DNA from: a phage
Assembly: GCA_036253495.1 (NCBI GenBank)
Contig: GCA_036253495.1_4125.1
Length of the DNA stretch: 64,000 bases
Direction: 5' to 3' (one strand)
Position numbers and translations under genes: made by a program. Below, piece after piece: positions 27,966-37,989 of this stretch. Each line of letters begins with the position of its first letter. Positions within the stretch are counted from its first letter, which is position 1. The notes under the pieces are model-generated. The model had not been told where the DNA came from. It saw only the letters and a program-made list of their open reading frames with translations, and ran no database searches.

Positions 27966-29289
27966 TATTAAAGTACCTTTTAAATGTGAACCACTGAAAT
28001 TTGTCCAAGATTATGAAATATCTAAAACTATCGAATTTAGTGAAACCGCTTCAAAACTTGATATTAGTAGGAAAATTTTAGGTGAAAAGTATCCAGATGT
28101 AATATGGGATGATTTCAATCCATATAATATGGAAAAAGATGAAATGTGTAAAGACGAAATTATTGGCTTTGTTCGTATGGGAGTTCAAAATCTAAAATAT
28201 TATGCATATATATGTCAAAAATGCTCGACAAATTCAAAACAAAATGGTTTAGGTATATTTTTTACATTAAAAAGATATATTAAAAATAAAATTACATGTA
28301 TGTGCTCAAAAACACCACTATATACAAATTATCAACGAACTATACAACTTCATAATAAATCTATAAGTTTAGGTTATGTGTTTATTGGATATAATAAAGA
28401 AAAACAAATAACTTCGGATGCTAAAATAAAACTAGGATGTTATAATCATGGTATGTGGGATACTATAACAATAAATTCGTATAACACCAACTCACGCGGC
28501 TGTTCAAAATGTGCTGGTGTTCATTCACCATCACAGGAAGAAGCAAATGAAAAAATAAAACAAATTTGTAATGAAAATAAATTAGTATTTCAACCTTTCC
28601 TATATAAAAATAATAAAACTAAAATTTTTGTAAGATGTTTGGTATGTAATGAATCATGGGAGTCAAACTATTTTAAACTTTATACCATGAAATATGGTTG
28701 CCAACGTTGTGTAGGAACAAAAAAGTTAACTACTGAGATTTCTACAGGAATTGTATCAGATTATTGTACAAAATATAAGTTGACTTTCATTCCATTTGTG
28801 TATGATAATAATAAGATGAAAATATCTCTACGTTGTGATATTTGTTCACATGAATGGATAACACCATTCAATGGTATTACTAATAGAATGGGGTGTCCAA
28901 GATGTAATCCAACTGAAGCAATACGTATTTCTAAAGATTTAGATCCATTAATAGATGATTTTCAGCCGGAAAAGAAATTCCTTGAACTTGGAAAGATGCG
29001 ATTTGATAGATTCAGTCAACGATTAAACATTCTGTTTGAATATGATGGGGAACAACACTTTATTTCCAATAGGGTTTGGCATTCTACTACATCTAAGTTT
29101 GAATCTTCTCGTGAACGTGACAGTATAAAAACAGAATACGCAATAAAAAATGGATATAACTTCATTCGTATTGCGTATTATGAAGACCATATTGGAGCAT
29201 TGAAATCTTTCCTTAAACTCATTGAAGAGAATCCAGGAAAGCAAATCGTACAGATCTATGGTGATGTTCAAATCTTAGACAAGAAATAA
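27955..29289 (+). CDS. zinc-ribbon-repeat protein with C-terminal nuclease-like domain
   Basis: Repeated C..C pairs (CQKCS, CSKCAG, CLVCNE..GCQRC, CDICSH..GCPRC); C-terminal FEYDGEQHF..R..D..K..G..IRI motif. Confidence 0.5.
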   Translation: MRVDIKVPFKCEPLKFVQDYEISKTIEFSETASKLDISRKILGEKYPDVIWDDFNPYNMEKDEMCKDEIIGFVRMGVQNLKYYAYICQKCSTNSKQNGLGIFFTLKRYIKNKITCMCSKTPLYTNYQRTIQLHNKSISLGYVFIGYNKEKQITSDAKIKLGCYNHGMWDTITINSYNTNSRGCSKCAGVHSPSQEEANEKIKQICNENKLVFQPFLYKNNKTKIFVRCLVCNESWESNYFKLYTMKYGCQRCVGTKKLTTEISTGIVSDYCTKYKLTFIPFVYDNNKMKISLRCDICSHEWITPFNGITNRMGCPRCNPTEAIRISKDLDPLIDDFQPEKKFLELGKMRFDRFSQRLNILFEYDGEQHFISNRVWHSTTSKFESSRERDSIKTEYAIKNGYNFIRIAYYEDHIGALKSFLKLIEENPGKQIVQIYGDVQILDKK

Positions 29290-29299
29290 CAATACAAAA

Positions 29300-29332
29300 G
29301 GGTTGACTTCGGTCAGCCCTTTTTGCTATAAT
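29300..29332 (+). terminator. terminator hairpin overlapping promoter -35
   Basis: GGTTGAC-TTCG-GTCAGCC, T-run, TATAAT. Confidence 0.7.
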
Positions 29333-29360
29333 TATTTCATCAACTGATGAGGACAACGAA

Positions 29361-30131
29361 ATGACCAGAGAAGCACGCAGCATTCAAATTCAGAAAAACT
29401 TCAACTCCATGATGGTTGCTCTTGAGTGTTTGCTCGATGATAGCAGTACTGTAAAAAGTATGGTTGTCAGCGGTGCTCCTGGTGTTGGTAAGACTTACAC
29501 CCTCTCTAAACGCCTCCAGAAAGCACATGACGCGGCAGAATGGAACGTAGCTACCATCAGTGGTAAAATGACCACTCTGGCTCTGTACGAAGTTCTGTAC
29601 AAGAATCGTCATAGCACCAACGTGTTAGTACTGGATGATATGGACAGCATCTTTGATTCAGAAGACGGTATGAACCTGCTCAAAGCAGTACTGGATAGTG
29701 GCAAGCGTACTGTTTCTTATATGACTAGCTCGAAGTATCTGAGCAGCAACGGTATCCCTAACAGCTTTGATTTTAATGGTCGCATCGTATTCATTACTAA
29801 CAAAGATTTAGCACTGAATGCTAAAGCTAAAACTAAAATGTCTGCTCACTATGCTGCTCTTATGTCTCGCTCTGTATACGTTGACTTACAGATCCAGACC
29901 AAAAGCGATATCATGATTCACATTGAGAACGTGATGAACCAGACCAACATTCTGGAATCTAAGGGTATTAACAGTAATGGTAGTAAAGCAATCCTGAACT
30001 GGATGTTGAAGCACGAAGATTCACTTCGTTCACCTTCACTGCGTATGCCACTGTTGATTTCGGCAGTATATAACAACAACCCATACGATTGGGAAGAGCA
30101 ATGTGAAAACTTGTTCCTGGAGAAAAATTAA
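29361..30131 (+). CDS. P-loop NTPase (AAA-like ATPase)
   Basis: Walker A GAPGVGKT and Walker B-like VLVLDDMD; codon composition looks GC-richer than its neighbours. Confidence 0.75.
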   Translation: MTREARSIQIQKNFNSMMVALECLLDDSSTVKSMVVSGAPGVGKTYTLSKRLQKAHDAAEWNVATISGKMTTLALYEVLYKNRHSTNVLVLDDMDSIFDSEDGMNLLKAVLDSGKRTVSYMTSSKYLSSNGIPNSFDFNGRIVFITNKDLALNAKAKTKMSAHYAALMSRSVYVDLQIQTKSDIMIHIENVMNQTNILESKGINSNGSKAILNWMLKHEDSLRSPSLRMPLLISAVYNNNPYDWEEQCENLFLEKN

Positions 30132-30350
30132 TTGATAACATATAACATCGATAAGGTCATGTTATTATATGCATGTATTAACATGATTGTCGTTTTAGTT
30201 AAAGTTTATAGATGGTTTCATACACTTGATATTGATACTGAAAAGGAGTATAATCCTCAAGAAGCACCACTGGGTTTAAAAGTTATTGTTTTAATTACTG
30301 TAGTGTCTGTATACATGGTATTACTATCAACTATGATTAAGTTCACTTAA
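30132..30350 (+). CDS. small membrane protein (tandem array 1/8)
   Basis: 72 aa hydrophobic. Confidence 0.5.
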   Translation: MITYNIDKVMLLYACINMIVVLVKVYRWFHTLDIDTEKEYNPQEAPLGLKVIVLITVVSVYMVLLSTMIKFT

Positions 30351-30360
30351 CGAGGAACAT

Positions 30361-30693
30361 ATGATTAATTTATTTTCAACTGAGGTTATGATTAAAATTA
30401 CATTAGTATACATGTGTCTATTCGTATACTACCACGCTCTCATCGGAATCTTGTGGTTCTTTAAGAAAGGTCGTCTTCTTGAGAAATTGTACCCAGACTA
30501 TATGATATTGTATACAATTGTCCAGGGTGTAGGAATAGTACTGGGAATTCTAGTGCACTTGATATATTTGTTTGAACCACACCTTCCGTGTATTACACAA
30601 TACATTGTATTCGGAACTACTATTATGTGGCTTGTAATGATGGGTGTGTATGGTCTGTATTTGTACAGGAAACGTATAGTGGGAGATTTCTAA
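30361..30693 (+). CDS. small membrane protein (tandem array 2/8)
   Basis: 110 aa; LWFFKKGRL motif. Confidence 0.55.
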   Translation: MINLFSTEVMIKITLVYMCLFVYYHALIGILWFFKKGRLLEKLYPDYMILYTIVQGVGIVLGILVHLIYLFEPHLPCITQYIVFGTTIMWLVMMGVYGLYLYRKRIVGDF

Positions 30694-31046
30694 TGCAAGA
30701 GATTATAAAATGGTTGACAACCAGTGATATTGCTAGTACACTGAACTATGTACTCATTATCTTATATCCGTTTTTGATGGTTCTAAACTTCATTGGATGG
30801 TATTTCAAACGTCCAATTTACTACAAGATTAATAATTCAGAGTACTATGAAAGTGTTGTAATTGCAACCTCAATCACGTATACTATGGGTGCAGTTCTTA
30901 CAGTCATAGGATTAGGTCAAGGTGATAATCTTAACTTTATGCTATGTACCTTTGTTATGATATGTATTCCAACACTAATTGTAATTCTATCGAATATTGT
31001 GTGGAAAAAAATGTTATTTGCACGCAACAAAATACCGGAGGCATAA
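30693..31046 (+). CDS. small membrane protein (tandem array 3/8)
   Basis: TAATG overlap at 30693; GWYFKRPIYY motif. Confidence 0.55.
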   Translation: MQEIIKWLTTSDIASTLNYVLIILYPFLMVLNFIGWYFKRPIYYKINNSEYYESVVIATSITYTMGAVLTVIGLGQGDNLNFMLCTFVMICIPTLIVILSNIVWKKMLFARNKIPEA

Positions 31047-31381
31047 TGGAGTACTTTATCAGTTTACTACCGTGGTACTTGAAAGTAAGTACAATTTACT
31101 ACATCATTTCCGCTGGGTTTTATTTCTTGATGTGGTTCTTTAAACGTCCAATCAGTGAATTCATCGATAATAATCTGTTGGATGTTAAACTTCACTGCTG
31201 GTTTTGGACATCGACTGTGATGCCATTCATCCATTACGGAATTATCAGTACTGGTAACCGTTCTAATGGTGAAATCATTTCCTTTGGTTTTTACTGGATA
31301 TCGACTATTGTTTACATTGGTGTGCTTTTGTATCCATTTGTAGTTAAACTACGAAACTCTATCCCAGATCACAGGAAATAA
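31046..31381 (+). CDS. small membrane protein (tandem array 4/8)
   Basis: TAATG overlap at 31046; MWFFKRPISE motif. Confidence 0.55.
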   Translation: MEYFISLLPWYLKVSTIYYIISAGFYFLMWFFKRPISEFIDNNLLDVKLHCWFWTSTVMPFIHYGIISTGNRSNGEIISFGFYWISTIVYIGVLLYPFVVKLRNSIPDHRK

Positions 31382-31382
31382 T

Positions 31383-31703
31383 ATGAAGATTGAATTGATT
31401 CTTTTCACAGTAAGTGCATTCTACTTTTGGGTTTGCTGGATTGGTTTTCTCTTTGCACTAAAACCATTTGACTTCTATGCAAAGCAGTGTAAAAATGCTG
31501 CTGTTGGTAATGTAGCTTTTACATTGCTTAGTACATTATGGGTAGTACTGCTTATATTCAATCCACCTGATAATGATTTGGAAATGTCATTGTGTACATT
31601 ATTTGCAGTCCTGTGTGTATTCGCAGCATTCTGTAGTTATATTGGAAAGTTATGTTCTTTGGTATCAAATTTCCATCGTAAACAAAAAGATAAGAGGGTA
31701 TAA
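31383..31703 (+). CDS. small membrane protein (tandem array 5/8)
   Basis: 106 aa hydrophobic. Confidence 0.55.
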   Translation: MKIELILFTVSAFYFWVCWIGFLFALKPFDFYAKQCKNAAVGNVAFTLLSTLWVVLLIFNPPDNDLEMSLCTLFAVLCVFAAFCSYIGKLCSLVSNFHRKQKDKRV

Positions 31704-32086
31704 TGTACACAACAATATATGTTATTCTTAATATCCTAATTGCATTTCTAACAATAGGTGCATTACTATACATTGGAAAGTTCTTTTGTGTAAAGTTCGT
31801 CGAAGATGTGTATGATGATATTGAATCCGACTACGAATCTAAGTGCTTCTTCCATGTTGGATATATCATTTGCTTAGTAACCACTATCCTCACATGGATT
31901 GTATACGTATTCGGGATTGGAATCACTTCAATTGGTGAACCAGTACTGTGCATTATTGGATTAGTGTTTTCTTCAATGTTCGGGTTATTGTTCATGATTA
32001 TTCTTATGTATAATTTAATCTGTACTGCTATTGTTCCTTTCTTTTATGAAATTCACAATAACATTAAACGTAAAAAACGAGGTTAA
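31703..32086 (+). CDS. small membrane protein (tandem array 6/8)
   Basis: 127 aa hydrophobic. Confidence 0.55.
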   Translation: MYTTIYVILNILIAFLTIGALLYIGKFFCVKFVEDVYDDIESDYESKCFFHVGYIICLVTTILTWIVYVFGIGITSIGEPVLCIIGLVFSSMFGLLFMIILMYNLICTAIVPFFYEIHNNIKRKKRG

Positions 32087-32088
32087 TT

Positions 32089-32442
32089 ATGTTTTCTCCT
32101 GCTGGGCAAGTTATATTCATGTTATGTACACTGGTATTCTTTATGTTCTCTGTACTACTTGTGATGAAATTCTTTCACATGAAACCATTCAGTACTTGGT
32201 ATGATAATATTGTGTACTATATTGGTAATGCTATAACACTCTTTTCAGTTGCATACTATTTCGGTTATTTTGCAATGCTATTTGGGTTATTACTTGAGGC
32301 TCGTGCATTGCTTGTAGCTGGTATGATGGCAGATTTAATGTGTATAACACTAGCCTGTATTGGATTTACTGTATGTATGTCGTTAACCATTTTTGACAAA
32401 TTATGTAAACTACACAAACGTTTAGGTGAGAGGATGAAATAA
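32089..32442 (+). CDS. small membrane protein (tandem array 7/8)
   Basis: 117 aa hydrophobic. Confidence 0.55.
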   Translation: MFSPAGQVIFMLCTLVFFMFSVLLVMKFFHMKPFSTWYDNIVYYIGNAITLFSVAYYFGYFAMLFGLLLEARALLVAGMMADLMCITLACIGFTVCMSLTIFDKLCKLHKRLGERMK

Positions 32443-32825
32443 TGACTTACCGTGATTACTTTTGTATTTTTGAAATTGCAGTATTCGCTTTAGGTTCAGT
32501 CTGGTTACTTCTATACTACTTCTGTATTAATCCAGTATTCAATTGGGTTCGTCGTGCTGAACAAAGTAGTGCTGGACAAATAGCAGTTGTTATGGGTATG
32601 ACATATTATATGTTCGCCGTAGCTTCTGTTGTTATTGAAGTAATATTTGGTGGCATGAATGGTGATGATGGGGCAACGTTCTATGGATTCGTTACATTCT
32701 TTAGTGTGCTGATTCCGTGTGGTGCTCTTATTATTACTGCGTTCTATTGGCTATATCGTGGTGTTAAGAAGCTGGAATCAATTCACGTAGATATGCGTTC
32801 AAAACGAATGGGGATTGACAAATAA
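32442..32825 (+). CDS. small membrane protein (tandem array 8/8)
   Basis: 127 aa hydrophobic, ATGA overlap. Confidence 0.55.
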   Translation: MTYRDYFCIFEIAVFALGSVWLLLYYFCINPVFNWVRRAEQSSAGQIAVVMGMTYYMFAVASVVIEVIFGGMNGDDGATFYGFVTFFSVLIPCGALIITAFYWLYRGVKKLESIHVDMRSKRMGIDK

Positions 32826-33376
32826 TGAAACGAAGTTCTAATGTCATTCGTGAACGATTTCGTAAAGTAAAAACTATTAAGTACGGAGCGATTGCCTTGG
32901 CACTTAGTAGTACTTTTATTATGACTGGATGTGAACGCTCTGAAGATATTTCTGTATATCAGAATGTGGACCAATGTAAAAGAAGTGGTAGCAATCCGGT
33001 ACAATGTGAAGATGATTATAAAAAAGCACTAACTGAATCGGAAAAGGTAGCACCAAAATATAGTTCACAAAGTGATTGCTCTAGTGATTTTGGTAATCAG
33101 TGTCAACAGCATAGCTCTGGATTCTTTTGGATGCCAATTATGAGTGGATTCCATAGTAGTGGTAATGGGTTTGCTAGTCAACCATTATACAACTCTAAAG
33201 GGAACTTCTATGATGCTGGTGGTAACTCCTACGGTAGCAGTACTGCAAAAGGTACAACACGTACTGTATCAAGTTCCGCATTAGCTCCAAAACCTCCTAC
33301 AACGACCACAATCACCCGCAATGGGTTTGGGTCTTCAGTAGCCAGAAGTGCCGCTCACACGAGTTCTGGTGGATAA
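32825..33376 (+). CDS. putative lipoprotein, S/G-rich
   Basis: Signal peptide with IMTGC lipobox-like site. Confidence 0.6.
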   Translation: MKRSSNVIRERFRKVKTIKYGAIALALSSTFIMTGCERSEDISVYQNVDQCKRSGSNPVQCEDDYKKALTESEKVAPKYSSQSDCSSDFGNQCQQHSSGFFWMPIMSGFHSSGNGFASQPLYNSKGNFYDAGGNSYGSSTAKGTTRTVSSSALAPKPPTTTTITRNGFGSSVARSAAHTSSGG

Positions 33377-33407
33377 TAAAAAAAGCCCACTTAATGTGGG
33401 CTTTTTG
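33377..33407. terminator. bidirectional Rho-independent terminator
   Basis: AGCCCACTTAATGTGGGCT hairpin flanked by A-run and T-run between convergent genes. Confidence 0.7.
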
Positions 33408-36400
33408 TTATTTGTGTTTTATGTGTAAAGTGTCTAATATTGTATTGAACAATGATTTAGCAGAAATCATGATTACTTGATCAAAATCTTTAGTATAAGA
33501 AATATTAGCAGTACTGGAAGAATCTTTCACCTCATCCGGTAATGCATCAAACTCTTCTTTTTCCATAATCTTTTCAAGTTCTTCACGAGAAATGGCTTTT
33601 ACGTTTTCAATAGTCCTTAGTTGTATATTATAATCTTTATAATACGAAACTAAGTTCGTTGCGTATGAACCATCTTTAGATGCTGTGCCAGTAAAATCAT
33701 AACATCCTGTATCAGTACTAACCCAATCGATTTTCCCTGAACTACCACTATATACACCTTTGTTAAATTTAATATTAACAACATCGCCAATAGTTTTCAA
33801 TATACCACCTTTACATTCATTAAATGCGTTTAATTGATAACTTGTAGTCATATAGAATTTCGGTTCTAATGTAACAGTATCACCTACAGTTGCTTTCATA
33901 TCAGAAACACTTAAGAACAATTCATTAAATCCTTTTGAATAAGTCTTGGTAATTGTTGTCCCATCCCTGTTAGTTACTGTGTATTCTAAGTCCAATTCAC
34001 AAATACTATTCAATGATAAGTAAGGGATATCAAATTTATCAGTACTAGCATCATAAGGACATCTTGAGGATGGTAGTATACCAGTAGGGTTTGGTACGTA
34101 TTGAACTTTTGTTAACTCATACCCGCTTGCATTCGCTGGTGTAACTGTAATAGACGGTGTAGATATTCCTTTCATTCCACAGAAGTATATGTTATCTGGA
34201 AAATCATTTATTACGAAGTCAGTGACAGGAATATCATAAGTATCTTTATCAGTCCAATTAAGAACAACATTAGAACTGGTTGGATCAACAATATGTTCAC
34301 TAGAACCACAGAAATATACTGATTTGGTATTAGTAATCATTAGTAATGTTTTGGATGATGAGTTCAATTCAAGAACATCTTTCACTTCAAGACCAGATGG
34401 TAATGTCAATGGTAACTTCGTGAATGATGTTAAATCTTGTTCATCTTTAACACCACTAGTCCCCGCCGGAAACTTACCTGAACCATAGAAAACACCTTTA
34501 TTCGTCATGAAATACATGAACGGGGTTGATGTTCCTTTGTCAAATAGTTTAATGTCATCACATGTTAAACCATCAGGTAAACTTACTTTAGATGGAGTTC
34601 TATAAACACCAGGCTTAATACCACCTTCACCATTACTTACATCACCTAGTACATATAAATCTTTACCTAGTTTTAAGAACATTGATTTATTTTTAGCACA
34701 CAAGAATGTATCATATGATTTATCATCAATTGGTAGCTTGGTATACTCGGTGTATGTATGTATTGAATCATCAATCCACGAACTATCACCACTAATGTAA
34801 ATGTGATTGTTTCTGTCAATATAATATGAATACACATCAGTACTGTTCATATATAAAGCATTTAGTGCATTTGTTTTCACTAAGTGATTGAACTTAAGAA
34901 CTTGTTTTCCATCGTACTTATGGGAGTTGACACCAATATCACCATTCAGGCTACTACCAAATGAATATATGTGACCACGTGGTAATAGAACTTGAACACC
35001 ACTTTTGGTTAAATTATATTTGGAGTGCAAGAGATCGTTATATACAACTCTAACTTTCTTAAAGATATCAGTACATTCAATCCACGATTTAGATGGTGTA
35101 CCATCCATTCCTATTATTGCTGGATCACCATAATAATAAGCTTTATTTTCATATGATATTTTAAAAGATGATTTACCATCTTTTGTATTAGCACTGAAAT
35201 ACACATCTTTACTATCTTTAATTGGATAAGTACTATTCTCTACAAAAGTATTATATGAGATATCGTTGTTAGCACTATTAAGAACAAAAGAAGTAGATGT
35301 ACTATTGGACTTATAGACTGCTACGGAAGATGTATCACTGAAATCAATTTTAGTGAACGTATCTTTGTATGTTTCGTTTAATAATCCTACATAAAAAACA
35401 TCAGTGCCATCAGTAACGAATATAGCATTTCTATTATTACATAAAGAAGTAATATTTTTTACTACTTTATTTGAATTATAGTTCGGTAACTTCTTTAATC
35501 CACGAACAAAATTATCACAAATAATACCAGTACCATAGAAGTTATAATCTTTATCACAGTATATAAATGCTGTATCATATGGTGAAGTACTTAAATTCTT
35601 ATAGAATGGGAATGGAGTGAATGTGAATTGTAGAACATTACGCAATTCCCCTACTGTCTCTGTTGGGAATTGTCTGTTTTTATTATTTCCAAGAAAAACA
35701 ACTCTATCTGTTAGGTATGTGTACATAATTCCATATGGTTTTACGTACAAGTCATTATATCCTAATGATAATTTAGTTGGTGATGTTAGTGGACCGGAAT
35801 TTATTTTATTTTGGTTAAAAGAAAATTCATTTGAATTATAACCAGCCCCATATGTATTACCATCAGTACTTAAATAATATACAGTAGCTTCCCCTGCTCC
35901 AAGAAAAGTCTTTACATCAGTTGCTAACGTTTTTTTGAAAGTTGGATAAAATTTATTATATGTTCCCGTTCCCATCATCAGTTCACCATTGCGGTTATGA
36001 CCACGAGCATATAGAATACCTTTGTCTGTATCTAAGAAGAACATTCCATTATATGTTTTGTAAATCTTACCTTTTGTAATATCGAAATTGGAAAAATCAT
36101 CACTAATATCAATGAATATTGTCTCAAGGTTATCTTCAAGGGAGTTTAGAGATTTACCACAATACCATACTGAGTTATCTTTTTTAACAGCAACACAACC
36201 ACACGGACTGGCATCAAAATATGTTACATCGGAAAGAACCAGTGATAAGTTCTTTGTACTGCAATAGTTATCCATTGCATATAAATCGGAATCTTTAAGT
36301 ATATATACGGAATTCCCAACCGCTTTAATCGAATTTATCATGTTTATATCCTCATAAATTGATACCAATTCTAATGTATTTACCCACTTAAAGTACAAAA

Positions 36401-36431
36401 AATGATCAATTAAATGGGGAATCTTTAACAA
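33408..36431 (-). CDS. large RCC1-like repeat protein (putative adhesin; N-terminus uncertain)
   Basis: 1007 aa; GHNRNGELMMGTG and GSSLNGDIGVNS repeat signatures; last gene of the minus-strand cassette. Confidence 0.65.
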   Translation of the reverse strand: MLKIPHLIDHFLYFKWVNTLELVSIYEDINMINSIKAVGNSVYILKDSDLYAMDNYCSTKNLSLVLSDVTYFDASPCGCVAVKKDNSVWYCGKSLNSLEDNLETIFIDISDDFSNFDITKGKIYKTYNGMFFLDTDKGILYARGHNRNGELMMGTGTYNKFYPTFKKTLATDVKTFLGAGEATVYYLSTDGNTYGAGYNSNEFSFNQNKINSGPLTSPTKLSLGYNDLYVKPYGIMYTYLTDRVVFLGNNKNRQFPTETVGELRNVLQFTFTPFPFYKNLSTSPYDTAFIYCDKDYNFYGTGIICDNFVRGLKKLPNYNSNKVVKNITSLCNNRNAIFVTDGTDVFYVGLLNETYKDTFTKIDFSDTSSVAVYKSNSTSTSFVLNSANNDISYNTFVENSTYPIKDSKDVYFSANTKDGKSSFKISYENKAYYYGDPAIIGMDGTPSKSWIECTDIFKKVRVVYNDLLHSKYNLTKSGVQVLLPRGHIYSFGSSLNGDIGVNSHKYDGKQVLKFNHLVKTNALNALYMNSTDVYSYYIDRNNHIYISGDSSWIDDSIHTYTEYTKLPIDDKSYDTFLCAKNKSMFLKLGKDLYVLGDVSNGEGGIKPGVYRTPSKVSLPDGLTCDDIKLFDKGTSTPFMYFMTNKGVFYGSGKFPAGTSGVKDEQDLTSFTKLPLTLPSGLEVKDVLELNSSSKTLLMITNTKSVYFCGSSEHIVDPTSSNVVLNWTDKDTYDIPVTDFVINDFPDNIYFCGMKGISTPSITVTPANASGYELTKVQYVPNPTGILPSSRCPYDASTDKFDIPYLSLNSICELDLEYTVTNRDGTTITKTYSKGFNELFLSVSDMKATVGDTVTLEPKFYMTTSYQLNAFNECKGGILKTIGDVVNIKFNKGVYSGSSGKIDWVSTDTGCYDFTGTASKDGSYATNLVSYYKDYNIQLRTIENVKAISREELEKIMEKEEFDALPDEVKDSSSTANISYTKDFDQVIMISAKSLFNTILDTLHIKHK

Positions 36432-36561
36432 ATGAATTCATGATGTACTTGATGAATTGCCCATACCAACGGATTCCCCAGTCCCAGCATACCACATGGT
36501 ATTATCGAACTTTTTTATAATTGTAGTATCATAACCACACCAAACATCATCAACATTAGTA

Positions 36562-37914
36562 TTACAACAATTGTATTTCTGTGAGTGTTTGATATGTTGT
36601 ACCGTTGTACACACCTCTCCAATATACCCTACCTTCAGTACTAACCACTAATAGTCCATATGTTGTAAACCCAAGAGTACCACCAACATACATAGCATCT
36701 TTAATTCGAATACCAATGTCTTCATATGTAAATGAAGCGACTGCTCCCGCTTGCCACGAAGGACTAGCGTAGTAATCACTATAAACACCATGTGCTTTAT
36801 ATATTGATGTTGTTCCTGGTTCAAAAATTACAGTTCCACAGTAGTTCATTCGTATTTTAGTACTGGATGAAGTCGGTACATTTATACCTATGCCATCTTT
36901 TATCCCTGTCGTTAGGACGTTAAAACCACCCGCCACACGGTTGACGTCATTCGCACCGATTAAAAACATACCAACGTTGTATCCCATATAATATACACTA
37001 CTACTTCCATTCCAGAAAGAAAAACCACCACCATTACCACAGCGATATAGTTGTGAATTTGAGCAGTACATCATACCTTCGTTTGTCGCATCAAATTCAT
37101 CTGCTGTTCCTATTGTAGCTACAGTAGTCCACGTTTTAATCACTTGGTTTGTACTAGCTGGTGTTTGTATACCATATCGTATATTATATCCCTTACCAAC
37201 GATTGTACCATCTTCTAATTTAGCATAAAGTACAGGTCTATTACCAACAAAATACATATTATTGTGTGACATGTCTATTGTGCATCTTAATGAAACTACT
37301 TTTTGTGTCAATTGATTATCTTTAGTAAAAGAAGTAAAGTAGTAATCCGATGTTGAGTTGTTTATTAAACCTTGTATTGACAATCCCATATACCAGATTT
37401 CACCATTGCTGTTTAATGCTGCCAAAATACAACTATATTTTGAAGTGTATGCTGGTGATGTTGTTGAAGTTGCTGGTCCTTTATCATATCCACCACAGAA
37501 TACCATCTCCACAACTTCACCTACGTTCGAAAAATAAGAAGATACATTGATAAAACCATTTGTTATAAAAGGTGCTGTATTCATACTTGAATGTGTGAAT
37601 ATCCCATTTGCATATACACCACAAAAATGATATGAACCATCATTATCTTGGACTATTATTCCATTTGATAGTAACCAAAAATTGTTTACATTTTTTCTTA
37701 CTAATTCAACTCCTGCACCATTGGTTGGTGTTATACCAAAAGAAACATATTTTGTTTGACCAATACCATATAAATTTCCATTAGTTGCTAGTATTGCACC
37801 AAACCAGTTCCCACCACCATTCCTATCATGACCCATACCAATGGAGTCGAATTTCTTTACAGTAGGAACTTCAACTTTATTCCCATAATCCAACATTCTT
37901 ACAAAAGGTAACAT
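36562..37914 (-). CDS. RCC1-like propeller paralog 1 (putative receptor-binding protein)
   Basis: Start reassigned to MLPFVRMLDYGN after AAAGGAGG RBS; G-N-G-x-L-G repeats. Confidence 0.7.
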   Translation of the reverse strand: MLPFVRMLDYGNKVEVPTVKKFDSIGMGHDRNGGGNWFGAILATNGNLYGIGQTKYVSFGITPTNGAGVELVRKNVNNFWLLSNGIIVQDNDGSYHFCGVYANGIFTHSSMNTAPFITNGFINVSSYFSNVGEVVEMVFCGGYDKGPATSTTSPAYTSKYSCILAALNSNGEIWYMGLSIQGLINNSTSDYYFTSFTKDNQLTQKVVSLRCTIDMSHNNMYFVGNRPVLYAKLEDGTIVGKGYNIRYGIQTPASTNQVIKTWTTVATIGTADEFDATNEGMMYCSNSQLYRCGNGGGFSFWNGSSSVYYMGYNVGMFLIGANDVNRVAGGFNVLTTGIKDGIGINVPTSSSTKIRMNYCGTVIFEPGTTSIYKAHGVYSDYYASPSWQAGAVASFTYEDIGIRIKDAMYVGGTLGFTTYGLLVVSTEGRVYWRGVYNGTTYQTLTEIQLL

Positions 37915-37985
37915 ATATCCTCCTTTATTCATTATATTATATTTAATCAAAAAAGAAAAGCCAGTACAGAGTACTGGCATTTAAA
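37915..37985 (-). promoter_or_regulatory. conserved inter-paralog module
   Basis: Hairpin GCCAGTACTCTGTACTGGC + T-run, then GATTAAATATAATATAATGAATAAAGGAGG. Confidence 0.6.
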
Positions 37986-37989
37986 ATAA

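Noticed and set aside
36432-37980. Extended N-termini given by the ORF track for several propeller genes
   Set aside because: The upstream extensions run through the conserved terminator/promoter module. All paralogs have AAAGGAGG followed by ATG giving MLPFVRM, and two paralogs start exactly there, so starts were reassigned.
37915-37985. T4-type late promoter assignment for the AAATATAATATAATG motif
   Set aside because: The motif resembles but does not match the T4 late consensus TATAAATA, and no gp55-like gene was identified here. Kept only as a generic candidate alternative promoter class.
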